A stretch of 63,193 nt of DNA, the filler included, from Chiloscyllium plagiosum (taxonomy: Eukaryota): assembly GCF_004010195.1 (NCBI RefSeq). It is 4 parts of one record of this genome, joined end to end, with 100 filler letters (N's around TTAATTAATTAA, not from the genome) between each part and the next. Parts side by side here need not be neighbours in the genome. Positions count along the whole stretch, not along the records: positions 16,889 to 38,048 come from NC_057713.1; 3 more parts are not named here. One strand, written 5' to 3'. The notes under the pieces were generated by a model. That model saw only the letters and a list, made by a program, of their open reading frames with translations. It did not search any database and had not been told where the DNA came from. A program made the translations under genes and the position numbers. Shown here in pieces: positions 24,255 to 36,639 of this stretch (its first letter is position 1; each line of letters opens with the position of its first letter).

Positions 24255-25672
24255 TTGGACCTAATCAGGTGTTTCCCAGAACTTTGCGGGAACTTAGGAA
24301 AGAGATTGCTAGGCCCTTTGCTGAGATATTTATGTTATGGGTTGCCATGGGTGAAGTGCTGGAAAACTGGAGCTTGGCTAATGTAGTGCCATTATTTAAG
24401 AAAGTCTGTAAGGAAAATCTAGAGAATTACAGACTGGTGAACATTACGTCAGTGGGTAAGTTGTTGGAGGGGATTCTGATGGACAGGATTTACAGCATTT
24501 CGAAAGGCAAGGACTCATTAGGGATAATCAACATGGCTTTATGCATGGGAAATCATGCCTCACTAACTTGATTGACTTTTTTGAAGAGGTGACAAAAGTA
24601 GATTGATGAAGGCAGAGTAGTAAACTTTGTCTGTGTGGACTTCAGCAAAGCATTCAGCAAGGTTCCACATGGTAGACCGGTTAGTATGGTTAGATCACAT
24701 GGAATCCAAGGGGAACTAGCCAATTGGCTTGAAAGTAGGAGACAGAGGGTGTTAGTGGAGGTTTGTTTTTCAGACTGGAGGCCTCTGACGAGCAATGTGC
24801 CACATGAATCGGTGCTGGGTCCACTGCTTTACATCATTTATATAAATGATTTGGATATGAATATAGGAGGTATGATTAGTAAGTTTACAAATAACACCAA
24901 AATAGGTAGTGTAGTAGACAGTGAAGGAGATTATCTCAGAGTATAATGGGATTTGATCAGATGGGCTGCAAATGTGCTGCATTTTGGTAAGGCAAGCCAG
25001 GTAATAGTAGAATCCTGGGAAATGTTGCTGAAAAAAGAGACCTGGGGTGCAGGTTATCAGGGTAAGAAGGCATTTGGCACACTTGCCTTCATTAGTCAGA
25101 ACATTGAGTATAGGAGTTGGGATGTCATGTTCAGCTGTACAGGGCATTGGTGAGACCACTTTTAGAATACTGCGTACAATTCTGGTCATCCTTCTATAGG
25201 AAGGATGTTGTTAAATTTGAGAGAGTACAGAAAAGATTTACAAGGATGTTTCTGGGACTAGAGAGAATGAATTAGAGGGAGAGATTGAAGAGGCTGGAGC
25301 ATCGGAAGCTGTGGGGTGACCTTTGAGGTTTATTAAATCATGTGGGGCATGGAAATGGTGAGTAGCCAAGGTCTTTTTCCTAAGATGATGGAGTCCAAAA
25401 CTAGAGGGCATGGGTTTAAGATGAGAGGGAACGATTTAAAAGGGACAACTTTTTCACATAGATTGGTGCATGCATGGAACGAGCTTCCAGAGGATGTGGT
25501 GGAGCTGGGTATAAATTGCAACATTTAAAAGACACCTGAATAGGTAAACGAATAGGAACAATTTAGAGGGATCTGGGCCAAGTGCTGGCAAATGGAATGA
25601 GGTGAGATTGGGATGTCCAGTCAGTGCAGATGAGTTAGATTGAAGGGTCAGTTTCTGAGCTGTATGACTCTA
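24255..25672 (+). mobile_element. 5'-truncated CR1 LINE (RT region to 3' tail)
   Basis: ANVVPLFKK, DFSKAFSKVPH, SVLGPLL...YINDLD. Confidence 0.92.
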
Positions 25673-25680
25673 TATTCTGA

Positions 25681-26075
25681 TGTGGAGGTGGAGGTGCCGA
25701 TGTTGGACTGGGGTGGAAAAAGTTAAAACCCACACAACACTTGGTTATAGACCAACAGGTTTATTTGGAAGCACTACCGCTGCTCCGTCATCTGATAGCT
25801 GTGGAGCAGGATCATAAGACACAGAATTTATAGCAAAAGACCACAGTGACATGCCAGAACTTACATATTAATGAACCAAAACTTGCAACTCATTCTAAAA
25901 GATGAAAGACTTAACAATGATCTAGGTTTGTTCAATATATCGTCTCAGTTGCATGACCCTGTGATCTTTTGCTGTAAATTCTGTGTCTTATGATCCTGCT
26001 CCACAGCTACCTGATGATGGAGCAGCGCTCCAAAACCTAATACTTCCAAATAAACTTGGCGCTATATGATTTTTA
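25681..26075. mobile_element. Non-coding fold-back PLE-derived element (family C) with 12-bp TSD
   Basis: Inverted arms 25797-25854 and 25951-26008; degenerate HHR cctgatgatggagcagcgctccaaaa at 26010; TSD tctatattctga at 25669-25680 and 26076-26087. Confidence 0.8.
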
Positions 26076-26604
26076 TCTATATTCTGAGATATTCTTAGAT
26101 ATTGCTGAATGGTTATTACCGGTAATAACAAACTGGAATCTATTAGATTTGGTATCACATCTTCTGATCATTTTTAGCATAACTATACAACTTTTCATTT
26201 AAAATGTTTTGCTCATTAGTTTGCATTAATAAAATTGTGTAATTAGTAAATCATCTCACTTAAGTTTTTCTGTTACAACTGAAAAAAATCCTCCTCCCTG
26301 TAAACTCCTTAAGTGGGGATGAATATATTCTGTAAAGAGTTATCCCAGACACTTCAAATATCTGGAACATTATAATGTGGCTTATTAAAACTAAGCGGGC
26401 AGTTTGGAGGAAAGTAACTCTCTCAGCAGCTTCTTCCCCTGTGGAATGCTTAAGTCAATCTTATAAATACAAAACTAAACACTTGCGGGATGAATTAATA
26501 TGAACTCAGCAGACAAAAGTTATCAGGGAAATACTCCTGATCTCTGAAGTTAATTAAAAGCTATAAATCACTTCAATCTGTAGTTAGAAACAAAGTTAAC
26601 ATAC

Positions 26605-26748
26605 CAGGAGGTCAAAAACATGAACTGAAGGCAGATAGAAATCTAAGGGTCTCCGTAGAGAAGGGAGGGGCAGGAAGAACAGAAGAGAAGGACCTGAATG
26701 TTCACTCTCGGGGCAGAGTTTAGATAATCCGGGCTCCATAAATCCAAC
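26605..26748 (-). CDS. Candidate coding exon (VGFMEPGLSKLCPESEHSGPSLLFFLPLPSLRRPLDFYLPSVHVFDLL)
   Basis: Acceptor ctattatttcttccag, donor ctg|gtatgt; 144 nt, phase 0-0, single open frame. Confidence 0.5.
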
Positions 26749-28069
26749 CTGGAAGAAATAATAGTGAATTGAAAGGCACCCACTGTGATAATAAAGGTTG
26801 TGAAATAAGTTATGTACCACTCATCCAGTAATGATAGTTCTTACGCTTAAGTTGATAAGTTGACAATGTGATAAAGAAAGTATTGATTTTCTTAACACTA
26901 CAAACATTGTTTAATATTTAAAGGGCAGCAGTTTTAATGACCTTGACAGTTTGTTGACTCTTCTTAACAACTTCCGTTGACAGGCTGATGGTTGGACATT
27001 TCTAATATGTTTGAATAGTTTTTACACACATTCATATCTATTTTAAGGATTCTAAATGACATTTTACTTGTCCCAAAGACCAACATACTTTTCCCAAAGG
27101 GAACCTCCTTCACCAAATCAGCAACTCACTCCTCCGAAGGAACACCTTGCCTCACCTAAAAGGCTCCTGATCTTTAACAATGAGTACCTATCCTCCCCAA
27201 AAGGAACCCCAGGATTATATTTGAAATGGTACCTGACCTCTCCAGACGGGTATCCACACTCTCTAAATAATTCGAGAAGCTTCAGATTTTTTTTTCCTAG
27301 CGGGTCTAAACTGCAGAGGTCATGTTTCACATTATAGTGATGTTAAAAAGAGCTGTGTTTTCAATCACTGTTAAATGTTTAATGTAAAATATCCTCACTT
27401 TATTTCTTATTAAATATCATCAACAATTCTTCTGAAGCAAAGCATAACTCATTAGTGCAGAGCTAATTATTAATGTCAGAGTGAAGTGATTGCTTAAGCT
27501 TGTCTAATTACAAATCCTTATACATCGCTTGATTGTTTTAAGCCAAGCAACAGTCTGATTTAGAACAATCCCTGTATTATTCAAAGATAAACATGTTACG
27601 GAGCAATTCAATCCATACAAAGCAATGAGCTTTAAACACCACAGCCTGAATCTTACCAAAACCAGAACTGAAGCAGAAGACAGAATTCATTGATATTAGC
27701 TATGTTTGTACTAAAAATTTGTTTCGTTCAGTCAAAAACATGGAAACCTGAGACAACGCTGGATTGGGAAGAATGCTTTTTCCACTTTGATCAACACTGA
27801 AGCGAGCTCATATTGCAAGGGTCTGCAACATTTGCAAGGAAACACAAATTATGGCATAGCCAATGAGTGGAGTATTCCACTTGGGTTCCATTGATGAATC
27901 TTCAACTGATATAAATCAAAGTATAACAAGGTTTGAACAAAAAGTGATGACAGATTCAATTCGGACTTTGGATACCAAGGAAACACAGTTCAAACAGAAT
28001 ATTCTTTAAAAAAGGAATAGTCATTGGCAGATACAATGATCACATCAAACAAGAAACAAAGCTCAAGAA

Positions 28070-31000
28070 GTATGATTGAGCTTCTAAACCTGAGACTCTA
28101 CCTTTGTAGGACCTCCCACCCAACCTATTCCTCTCACCTTAAAGACCAGGGATACATCAGGTAAGCGTCTCTTCTTTTTTTACTTTCTTATAAGGGGACT
28201 AGCAGGGATGGCAGTGCTGGGAGAGGAATGTTCCTCCTGCATGATGTTTGAGGTGAGGGACACCATTAGTTTCCCATCCAAGTACATCTGCAGGAAGTGC
28301 ACCCAACTCTCGCTTCTCCAAGAACGTGTTAGGGAACTGGAGCAGGAGCTGGATGAACTTTGCATCATTCAGGAGGCAGAGGCTGTGATACAAAAGAGTT
28401 ACAGAGAAGTAGTTACTCCTTGGGACAAAGAAAGCTGAGTGACTGTTTGAAGGGGGAGAAAACAGTCAGTGGAGGGATCCCCTGTGGTCGTTTCCCTGAA
28501 AAATATGTATACCGTTTTGGATACTGCTCGGGAGACTACTTACCAGGGGTATGTAGTGGGGCCCAGGTCTCTGGCACAGAGCCTGTCCCTGTTGCACAGA
28601 AGGGAAGGAGGGAAAGCAGGAGAGTATTAGTCATTGAGGACTCAATTGTTAGAGGTTCAGATAGAAGGTTTGTTAGGAATGAACAAGACTTATGGTTGGT
28701 GTATTGCCTCCCAGGTGCCAGGGTCCATGATATCTTGAATCGTATCTTTGAGGTCCTGAAGGGAGAGGGTGACCAGCTCCAAGTCATAGTCCATATAGGT
28801 ACCAACGATATAGGTAGAAAGAGGGATAGGGATGTAAGGCAGGATTTCAGTAAGCTAGGGTGGAAACGGAGAGCTAGAACAAACAGAGTTATCATCTCTG
28901 GTTTGTTACGCGTGCCAGGTGATAGCGAGGCAAGGAATAGGGAGTGATATCAGCTGAACATGTGGCTGCAAGGATGGTGTAGGAGGGACGGATTCAGGTA
29001 CTTGGATAATTGGAGTTCAATCTGGGGAAGGTGGAACTTGTACAAACAGGACGGTCTTCACTTGAACCAGAGGGGTACTAATATCCTGGGTGGGAAATTT
29101 GCTGGTGCTATTCGGGTGGGTTTAAACTAGCTCAGCAGTGGGATGGGAAACTGCAACTATAGTTGCAGCGCACAGGAGGATGAGAGTAGGGAGGACACGG
29201 TCACAGGAACGTGCTGGCAGACAGCAAGCTGGTTTGAAGTGTGTCTACTTCAACGCCAGAAGTATCCGGAATAAGGTAGGTGAGCTTGCAGCATGGGTAG
29301 GTACCTGTGACTTCGATGCTGTGGCCATTTCAGAGACATGGATAGAGCAGGGTGAGGAATGGATGTTGCAGGTTCCAGAGTTTAGATCTTTCTTTAAAAG
29401 GTGGTAAAAGAAGGGAAGGTGTGGCCTTATTAATCAAGGACAATATAACAGTGGCTGAAAGAAATTTTGACGAGGACTCGTCTACTGAGGTGGTATGGGC
29501 TGAGGTTAGAAACTGCAGAGGAGAGGTCACACTGCTTGGAGTTTTTTATAGGCCTCCGCAGAGTTTCAGGGAGGTGGAGGACAGGATTGGCAAAATGATT
29601 CTGGGTAGGAGTGAAAGGAAAGGGTGGTCATTTTGGGGACTTTAACTTCCCCAACATTGACTGGAAAAGCTGTAATTCTAGTGCATCGGATGGATTAGTT
29701 TTTATCCAATGTGGTACAGGAGGATTTCCTGACAGTATGTCGAAGGGCCGACAAGAGGGTAGGCAACACTGGATCTGGTGCTTGGTAATGAACCAGGCCA
29801 GATGTTTGATTTAGTTGTAGGTGAGTACGTTGGAGAGAGTGACCATAATTCAGTTAGGTTTAGTTTAGCGATGGAAAGGGATAGGTAAATGCCACAGGTC
29901 AAGAGTTATCAATGGGGAAAGGGCAATTATAATGCGATTAGGCAAGAATTAGGATGTATAGAATGGGGTAGCAAAATGCAGGGGATGCAGACAATGGAAA
30001 TGTGGAGCTGGTTTAAGGAACAGATATTGCATGTCCTTGATAGGTGTGTCCCTGTCAGGCAGGGAGGAAGAGGGAATTACTAAAGAAATTGCATCTCTTG
30101 TTAAGTGGAAGATGGAGGCTTATGTGACAATGAGACAAGGTGGTTCAAATGAGGTGATGGAGAGTTACAGAATAGCTAGGAAGGATTTAAAGAGAGAATT
30201 AGGAAGAGCAAGGAGAGGACATGAACAGTCTTTAGCAAATAGAATAAAGGAAAGCCCGAAAGCGTTCTATTGATCGGTGAGGAATAAAAGGATGAATCAG
30301 GTAGGAATAGGGCCTGTCAAAGACAGAAGTNNNNNNNNNNNNNNNNNNNNNNNNNNNNNNNNNNNNNNNNNNNNNNNNNNNNNNNNNNNNNNNNNNNNNN
30401 NNNNNNNNNNNNNNNNNNNNNNNNNNNNNNNNNNNNNNNTCAACATGGTTTCGTCAAGGGCAGGTCGTGTCTCACAAACCTCATTAAGTTTTTTGAGAAG
30501 GTGACCAAGCATGTGGATGAGGGTAGGGCAGTTGACGTGGTATACATGGACTTCAGTAAAGCCTTTGATAAGGTTCCACATGGTAGGCTGTTGAAGAAAA
30601 TGCAGAGGCATGGGATTGAGGGTGATTTAGCGGTTTGGATTAGAAACAGGCTTTCTGAAAGAAAGCAGCGAGTGGCGGTTGATGGAAAATATTCAGCCTG
30701 GAGTCTGGTTACTAGTGGTGTGCCACAAGGACCTGTTTTGGGGCCACTGCTGTTTGTCATTTTTATAAATGACTTAGACACAGGCATAGGTGGATGGATT
30801 AGTAAATTTGCAGATGATGCTAAAGTCAGTGGAGTAGTGGACAGTTTGGAAGATTGTTACAGGTAGCAGCGGGACTTGGATAAACTGCAGAATTGAGCTG
30901 AGAGGTGGCAAATGGAGTTCAATGCAGCTAAATATGAAGTGACTCACTTTGGGAAGAATAACAGGAAGGTAGAGTACTGGGTCAATGGAAAGATTCTTGA

Positions 31001-31703
31001 TAGTGTGGATGTGCAGAGGGATCTTGGAGTCCATGTACTTAGATCCCTGAATGTTGCCACCCAAGTTGATAGTGCTGTTAAGAAGGCATACGGTGTGTTA
31101 GGTTGAGGGATTGAGTTCCGGAGCTGCAATGTTATGCTGCAACTATACAAAATGCTAGTGCGGCCACACTTGGAATATTGTGTACAGTTCTGGTCGCCAT
31201 ATTTCGGGAAGGATGTGGAAACATTGGAAAAGGTGTAGAGGAGATTTACCAGGATGTTGCCTGGTCTGGAGGGAAGGTCTTATGAGGAAAAGCTGAGCGC
31301 ATTGGGTCTGTTCTCATTGGAAAGAAGAAGGCTAAGAGAGGATTTGATAGAGACATACAAGATGATCAGAGGATTAGATATGGTAAGACAGTGAAAGTCT
31401 CTTTCCTAGGATGATGACGTCTGCTTGTATGAGGGGGCATAACTACAAATTGAGGGATGATAGATTTAAGACAGATGTCAGAGGCAGATTCTTTACGCAG
31501 AGAGTGGTAAGGGCGTTGAATGCCCTGCCTACCAATGTAGTTAACTCAGCCACTTTCGGGAGATTTAAACAATCCTTGGATAAGCACATGGATGAGGATG
31601 GGATAGTGTAGGGGGACAAGCTGAGAATAGTTCACAGGTTAGCGCATCATTGAGGGCCGAAGGGCCTGTACTGCGTTGTATTGTTCTGTGTTCCATGTTC
31701 TAA
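28070..31703 (+). mobile_element. Near full-length CR1 LINE (ORF1 28208-29130, ORF2 ~29230-31611), disrupted, spans a gap
   Basis: ORF1: CSSC...CRKC, coiled coil, SGNH-like blocks (VIEDSIVR, CLPGARV, VHIGTND, DGLHLN). ORF2: YFNARSI, YRPP, GDFN, YMDFSKAFDKVPH, KFADD. Confidence 0.95.
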
Positions 31704-32342
31704 ATGGATATGGTGGTTTCATCAATCATGCAATCACTGAACATAAAATAAAATGCCTAAATATCTAAATTAATCAACAAGTTAAATTAAATAGTCTGCA
31801 CACTTCAGCACACATCGACCAGCAGGTTAAGTATGAAAATCTGCTCACATGTATTGAAGATAGGATTCATACAACTCTGGGGAAGGCACCACTGAGTTGG
31901 CCCAACCCATGCCTGAAATTCAGGACACAGTCAAGAAATTTACCTTGTTCCGTGATCCCCATAAATGCCAATAAAAGCATTGTGTCAGGAAAGACGCAAC
32001 AAAAGTGCCACCTCCAACCTCACACTAAATCAGAATCAGCAGCCTTCAAGCCAGAGATCAACCAAACTTCCAATTCTGAAGAGAATGCATTCTGGAAGAA
32101 CAGTGAAATCTCTAGACAGGCTGAATTTGTGAAGTCAGAGGGTCTGAAAGGGTGTGGAGGGAGATAGTGTAGTAGTTAAAGTAATTATATGCAAAACTGT
32201 ATAATATATTAACAATTGAAAAAAAGGCTTGGGGAAAGAGTTGTATAAATGTGTAAGGACGTGAACGAGTTAATGCTGAGGAGTGATTTAAGCACCATCC
32301 ACTATGACAGTGACATACACATTTGGAAGGGGAAGAACTTAC

Positions 32343-32416
32343 AGTCTCGAAGGAGTGAAATCTACCATCTGGGTCTTCCTTGTCATCACTGTCTATCATA
32401 TTAAGGTAACTTGTAC
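32343..32416 (-). CDS. Candidate coding exon (TSYLNMIDSDDKEDPDGRFHSFET)
   Basis: Strong donor act|gtaagt, weak acceptor; phase 1 to 0 fits the neighbouring candidates. Confidence 0.4.
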
Positions 32417-32669
32417 CTAGTTGCTACTATGCAATAAACTACATCTTCTTTAAGACAAGAGCCTCTTCCTGTTGGACTAATAAGTGGTCTGTCGCTAATG
32501 CCACATCATTAGCAGCGGTGAAGGCTCATTTTATAATGCTACATCCAACAGCAACTAAACAAAGGGTGGAAGTTCGCAGTCTGACCACTTTCGCCCTCTG
32601 GTCCCACTACCTTGTCACCATTGTAAGGGGTAGATGGAAGCTATAATCTACACTGAAATAGAAAAGACA

Positions 32670-33381
32670 ATTCCCTCCATGACTCCCTCGTCAGGTTCAC
32701 ACACCCCCACTAGCCAAATCCCCACTCCTGGCACCTTTCCCAACCACCACAGGAACTGCAAAACCTGCGCCCACACCACTCCCCTCACCTCCGTCCAGGT
32801 TCCCAAGGGATTTTTCCACATCTGTCAGAAATTCACCTGTACCTCGACTAATGTCATCTACTGCATCCGTTGCACCTAGTGTGGTCTCCTCTACATTGGG
32901 GAGACAGAACGCCTTCTTGCAGATTGTTTCAGAGAACATCTCTGGGACACCCGCACCCAACAACCCCACTGCCCCGTGGCTGAACACTTTAACTCCCCCT
33001 CCCATTCCACAAGGACATGCAGGTCCTGGGCCTCCTCCACCACCAATCCATTACCATCGACGCCTGGAGGAGGAATGCCTCATGTCCCACCTCGGAACCC
33101 TGCAATCGCACGGGACAAATGTGGATTTCAACAGCTTCCTCATTTCCCCTCTTCCCACATTATCCCAGTCCCAAGCGTCCAACTCGGCACCGCCCTCCGG
33201 ACCTGTCCATCACTGCCCCCTCTGACCTATCACCTTCTCACCCATCTTCATCCACCTATCGCTTTCCCAGCTACCTCCCCCCAGCCCCACCCCCCTCCTA
33301 TTTATTTCTCAGCCCCCAGCGCTTTTCCAGCACCACACTCTCGACTCTGATCTCCAGCATCTGCAGTCCTCACTTTCTCCT
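32670..33381 (+). mobile_element. PLE family A 3' fragment (GIY-YIG + terminal repeat)
   Basis: CKTCAH...FTCTSTNVIYCIRC...LYIG. Confidence 0.9.
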
Positions 33382-33660
33382 AGAAATAGAAAACTACCAG
33401 AAATATCAGAATTGCAGCACACCAAATTCCAGTTATACAAAGTGGAACACCAATCAACCTTCAACAGGCTTCACAATGAACTTGAACTAATAATTCAGTT
33501 AGTCAAATTATTAAGTCTATGAAATTGTTCTAAAGTTTATTTCATTTATTCCCAGAAATTTTCTGGTTATAATATGTCTGATGTCCACTAGAGGTCAGTG
33601 TCTGTGAATATAACCCATTCACCTTCTCAGTATATTGTAGTCTCTAATTTTCTTACTCAC

Positions 33661-33741
33661 TTTCCCTTTTTATCTCATCCTTTAAAAAGTGTCTATCCTG
33701 CCATTTAGTTCCAAAGGTGCCTGCTGTTGTACCTCCAGCTC
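33661..33741 (-). CDS. Possible symmetric exon (AGGTTAGTFGTKWQDRHFLKDEIKRE)
   Basis: Donor a|gtgagt, atypical AAG acceptor downstream of a T-rich tract; 81 nt, phase 1-1. Confidence 0.25.
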
Positions 33742-34789
33742 CTTGTACAATTGCCAAATGATTGCATCAAGATCAAAACAACAAAACGAGAAAGAAAACT
33801 ATCAGGGAGGACTGGAATTGCTGGGACATTTTTCTGTTGAAAATACTAGACAGAGTGGTGATTGGATAGAGGGCTTTAGAATTATGAATGGGTTAAATAA
33901 GGGTACACTTTTTTTTTATTTATTCATTTTGTGGAATGTGGGTGTTGCTGACTGGCCAGCATTTATTGTCCCTCCCTAGTTGTCCTTGAGAGCTGCCTTC
34001 CAGGAGAGAATGTTTGCACTTGTAGGGACCCAAAAACTACAGAGCATAAATGTAAGATTGCCAGTAATAATCCAATAAGGAGAAACTCTGACAAGGAAGT
34101 GATGAGAATCTAGAACCTGCAACTGGAAGGAGTGCCTAAGGCAAATAGCATTAATACATTTAACAGGAAGCTATGAGATTGAGGGGAATAAAAAGATATT
34201 TTGATCAGGTGAAGTAGGAGGAAATCAATGAGCAGTATAAGCAAACCTACCAACAGGTCTCTTTATCCGTTGCAGAATTCCGCCTAATTCTGTGTAACAA
34301 AAAAACCAAATTCAATTTTGCCCAGACCAAATATCACTTCAGAAGGGATTGAACTGGAGCTTTAGTTCATTATTGTTCCTATTTAATCTGCAGTTGCTGA
34401 GTAAACCACACTCTCCTTTATAGCAACTACTCTCCAGTGGCAGACACATCTTGTTTATGTGATTTGGTTCCACACTGGACACTTCTTATCAATTGAGACA
34501 TGGGAGAATGATTTTCTTCTCTGTTTTCTATAAACAGGAGGCACCTGTAAGATCTAGAACAGTACATGGAATAATCTTCAGCCACAGCTCAAGGATTTGT
34601 ATGGAATTGTTCCCCTCTTCTTCACTATTGCTACTGCAACACATACACCTGGATTGTGGTGAGCAGCTCTAATTTTTGGTTAATAATCCTGTTGACACTG
34701 CTATCTTTGTTTTATGTCTTTGTTCTATTATATTATCATCATCTATGAGTCAGTTAAGTTCACTTACACCTTAGCGTCTGTTTAAAGTC

Positions 34790-35185
34790 CTATTTCAGAA
34801 ATTAAGGAGAAGTTCTAACATTATACTCTAGTGCAGTACTGGGGGAGTTCAACTATATCATTGGTGGCATTGTTTAATAAAAGATTATGATTGTGTCTGC
34901 TATGTCAAGTGGGCGCAAAACATCCCATGACCCTATATCAAAGAACAGCAGGGGAGTTATACATCAGCGTTCTGGCCACTACTGACCCCTTAATCATCAT
35001 CACAGAAACAGATTATCTGCTCATTATCAGTTTGCTGTTTGTGGGAGTTTACTGTACACAAATTAGATACCTAGTTTTCTACATAACAATGGTGACTACA
35101 CTTCACACAAGTCAAACCTTATCAGCCCATAAAGTACTTTGGGATATGGTGAAGCCATGAAAAATGCTGCATAATTGCAGGTCCT
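34790..35185 (+). mobile_element. Old DeuSINE (SacSINE1/AmnSINE1-like Deu domain)
   Basis: gtgcagtactg...catcccatg...agcaggggagtt...acagattatctgctcattatc...tgctgtttgtgggag follows the Deu-domain consensus as I recall it. Confidence 0.75.
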
Positions 35186-35236
35186 CTATTCATTCAGTAT
35201 TATTTTTGTTGAGCTCTTGGAACAGCAAGGCATAAA

Positions 35237-35530
35237 GTCATAGAGAAGTATAGCACGGAAACAGTCCCTTCAGTCCAACTCGCCCATGCTGACCAGATTT
35301 TGTAGATAAATCTAGTCCCATTTTCCAGCATTTTGCCCATATCCCTCTAAACCTTTCCTATTCATATGCCCATCCAGATGCCTTTTAAAAGGTGAAATTG
35401 TACCAGCCTCCACCACTTCCTCTGGCACTTCCTCATACCATACACACATCACACTCTGCATGAAAAAGTTGCCCTCTGAGTCCCTTTTAAATCTTTCCCT
35501 TCTCAGCCTAAACGTATGCCCTCCAGTCTT
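35237..35530 (-). mobile_element. CR1 LINE 3' fragment
   Basis: PEEVVEAGTI...FKRHLDG...GYGQNAGKWD. Confidence 0.88.
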
Positions 35531-36639
35531 CTGATTATTGGATAGTTCTTGCAAAGATTTGGCAGAATCCATGTCACACGATTCTATCTGGGCCAAAATA
35601 AACACTTGCTTTTCATTTAAGATGAACAGTAAAAGTAGGAACTCAATTAATAATAATCACAAAAGAGAAGCATTCCTGCAGAGCAACCACTGGTGAAATA
35701 GGAATGCATTATAAGATGGAATGTCTAATCTAACACCCAGGGTGCGTAGATCCATTACAGCTGCGCTTTTTGCCTCATCATCACAAATCCAAATATATCC
35801 GTCGCAGACTCTTTCCCAAGCATGAATAGCATGGATCATGTTCAGTTAGATGACCTCATTGCTTTGGAGGGGATTAATCATTCTGTTTATTTATTAACAG
35901 GCTGGCAAGGCCTCTGGAGCAGATGGGTACCTCCGTGATTATTTTGTCAGAAGTCTGCTCCTTCACTGTTACATATGATGCAGTGCATGAAGACCCATTT
36001 TGGTGTGGGCATGGGACGATTTCCTCGGTCCTTTTTGCATTAAATAACAAAGGGTCACTTTGACTGTTACCTTTGCACGATGATCTCACATCTTGAGTTT
36101 TGTGAAATATTTGTTTTAGCATCATATTGAATTTAAAGCAAATATTTGGACATTTGGTAATTTTACAGTCCAATTACTCCCAGCTAGTACAGTTCAGTAA
36201 GAAGAATGTATTACATTATTACTTTTTTAATTCATTCGTGCGATGTGGGTATCACTGGCTAGGCCTGAGTTTATATTGCTTACTCCTTATTGGCTTTGAA
36301 AAGGTGATCCTGAACTGCCTTCTCGAACCACTGCAGTTCATTTGGGGTTAGTAGACCCAGAATTCCAAAAGGGAGGGGGTTCTGTGCATTCAAGTTTAAG
36401 TTTAGTAAAGAAAAGGAAGTACTAATGTTTCTCAGGATATTCCCAAAGAAATTTATAGCCAATTCAGCATTTTGACCAGAGGAACACAAAAACATGCAAA
36501 GATAAAAATGGAAGTGATTTTCATTACTTAAGACGTGACCGAGCAAGCTCCCACCATCAACAAAGTGGTAATGACCAGAAAATGGATTTTGTGACATTGA
36601 TTAAGGGTAAAAATTGGTCGGACATAAATGGGAATTTGG

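Noticed and set aside
26605..26748. Resemblance to STING (LYILLPL) or the AP5M1 mu domain
   Set aside because: Few matching residues, and the adjacent exons do not continue either alignment
35657..36600. Several 60-105 aa ORFs in unique DNA
   Set aside because: No consistent splice sites or recognisable motifs; lengths are within chance expectation
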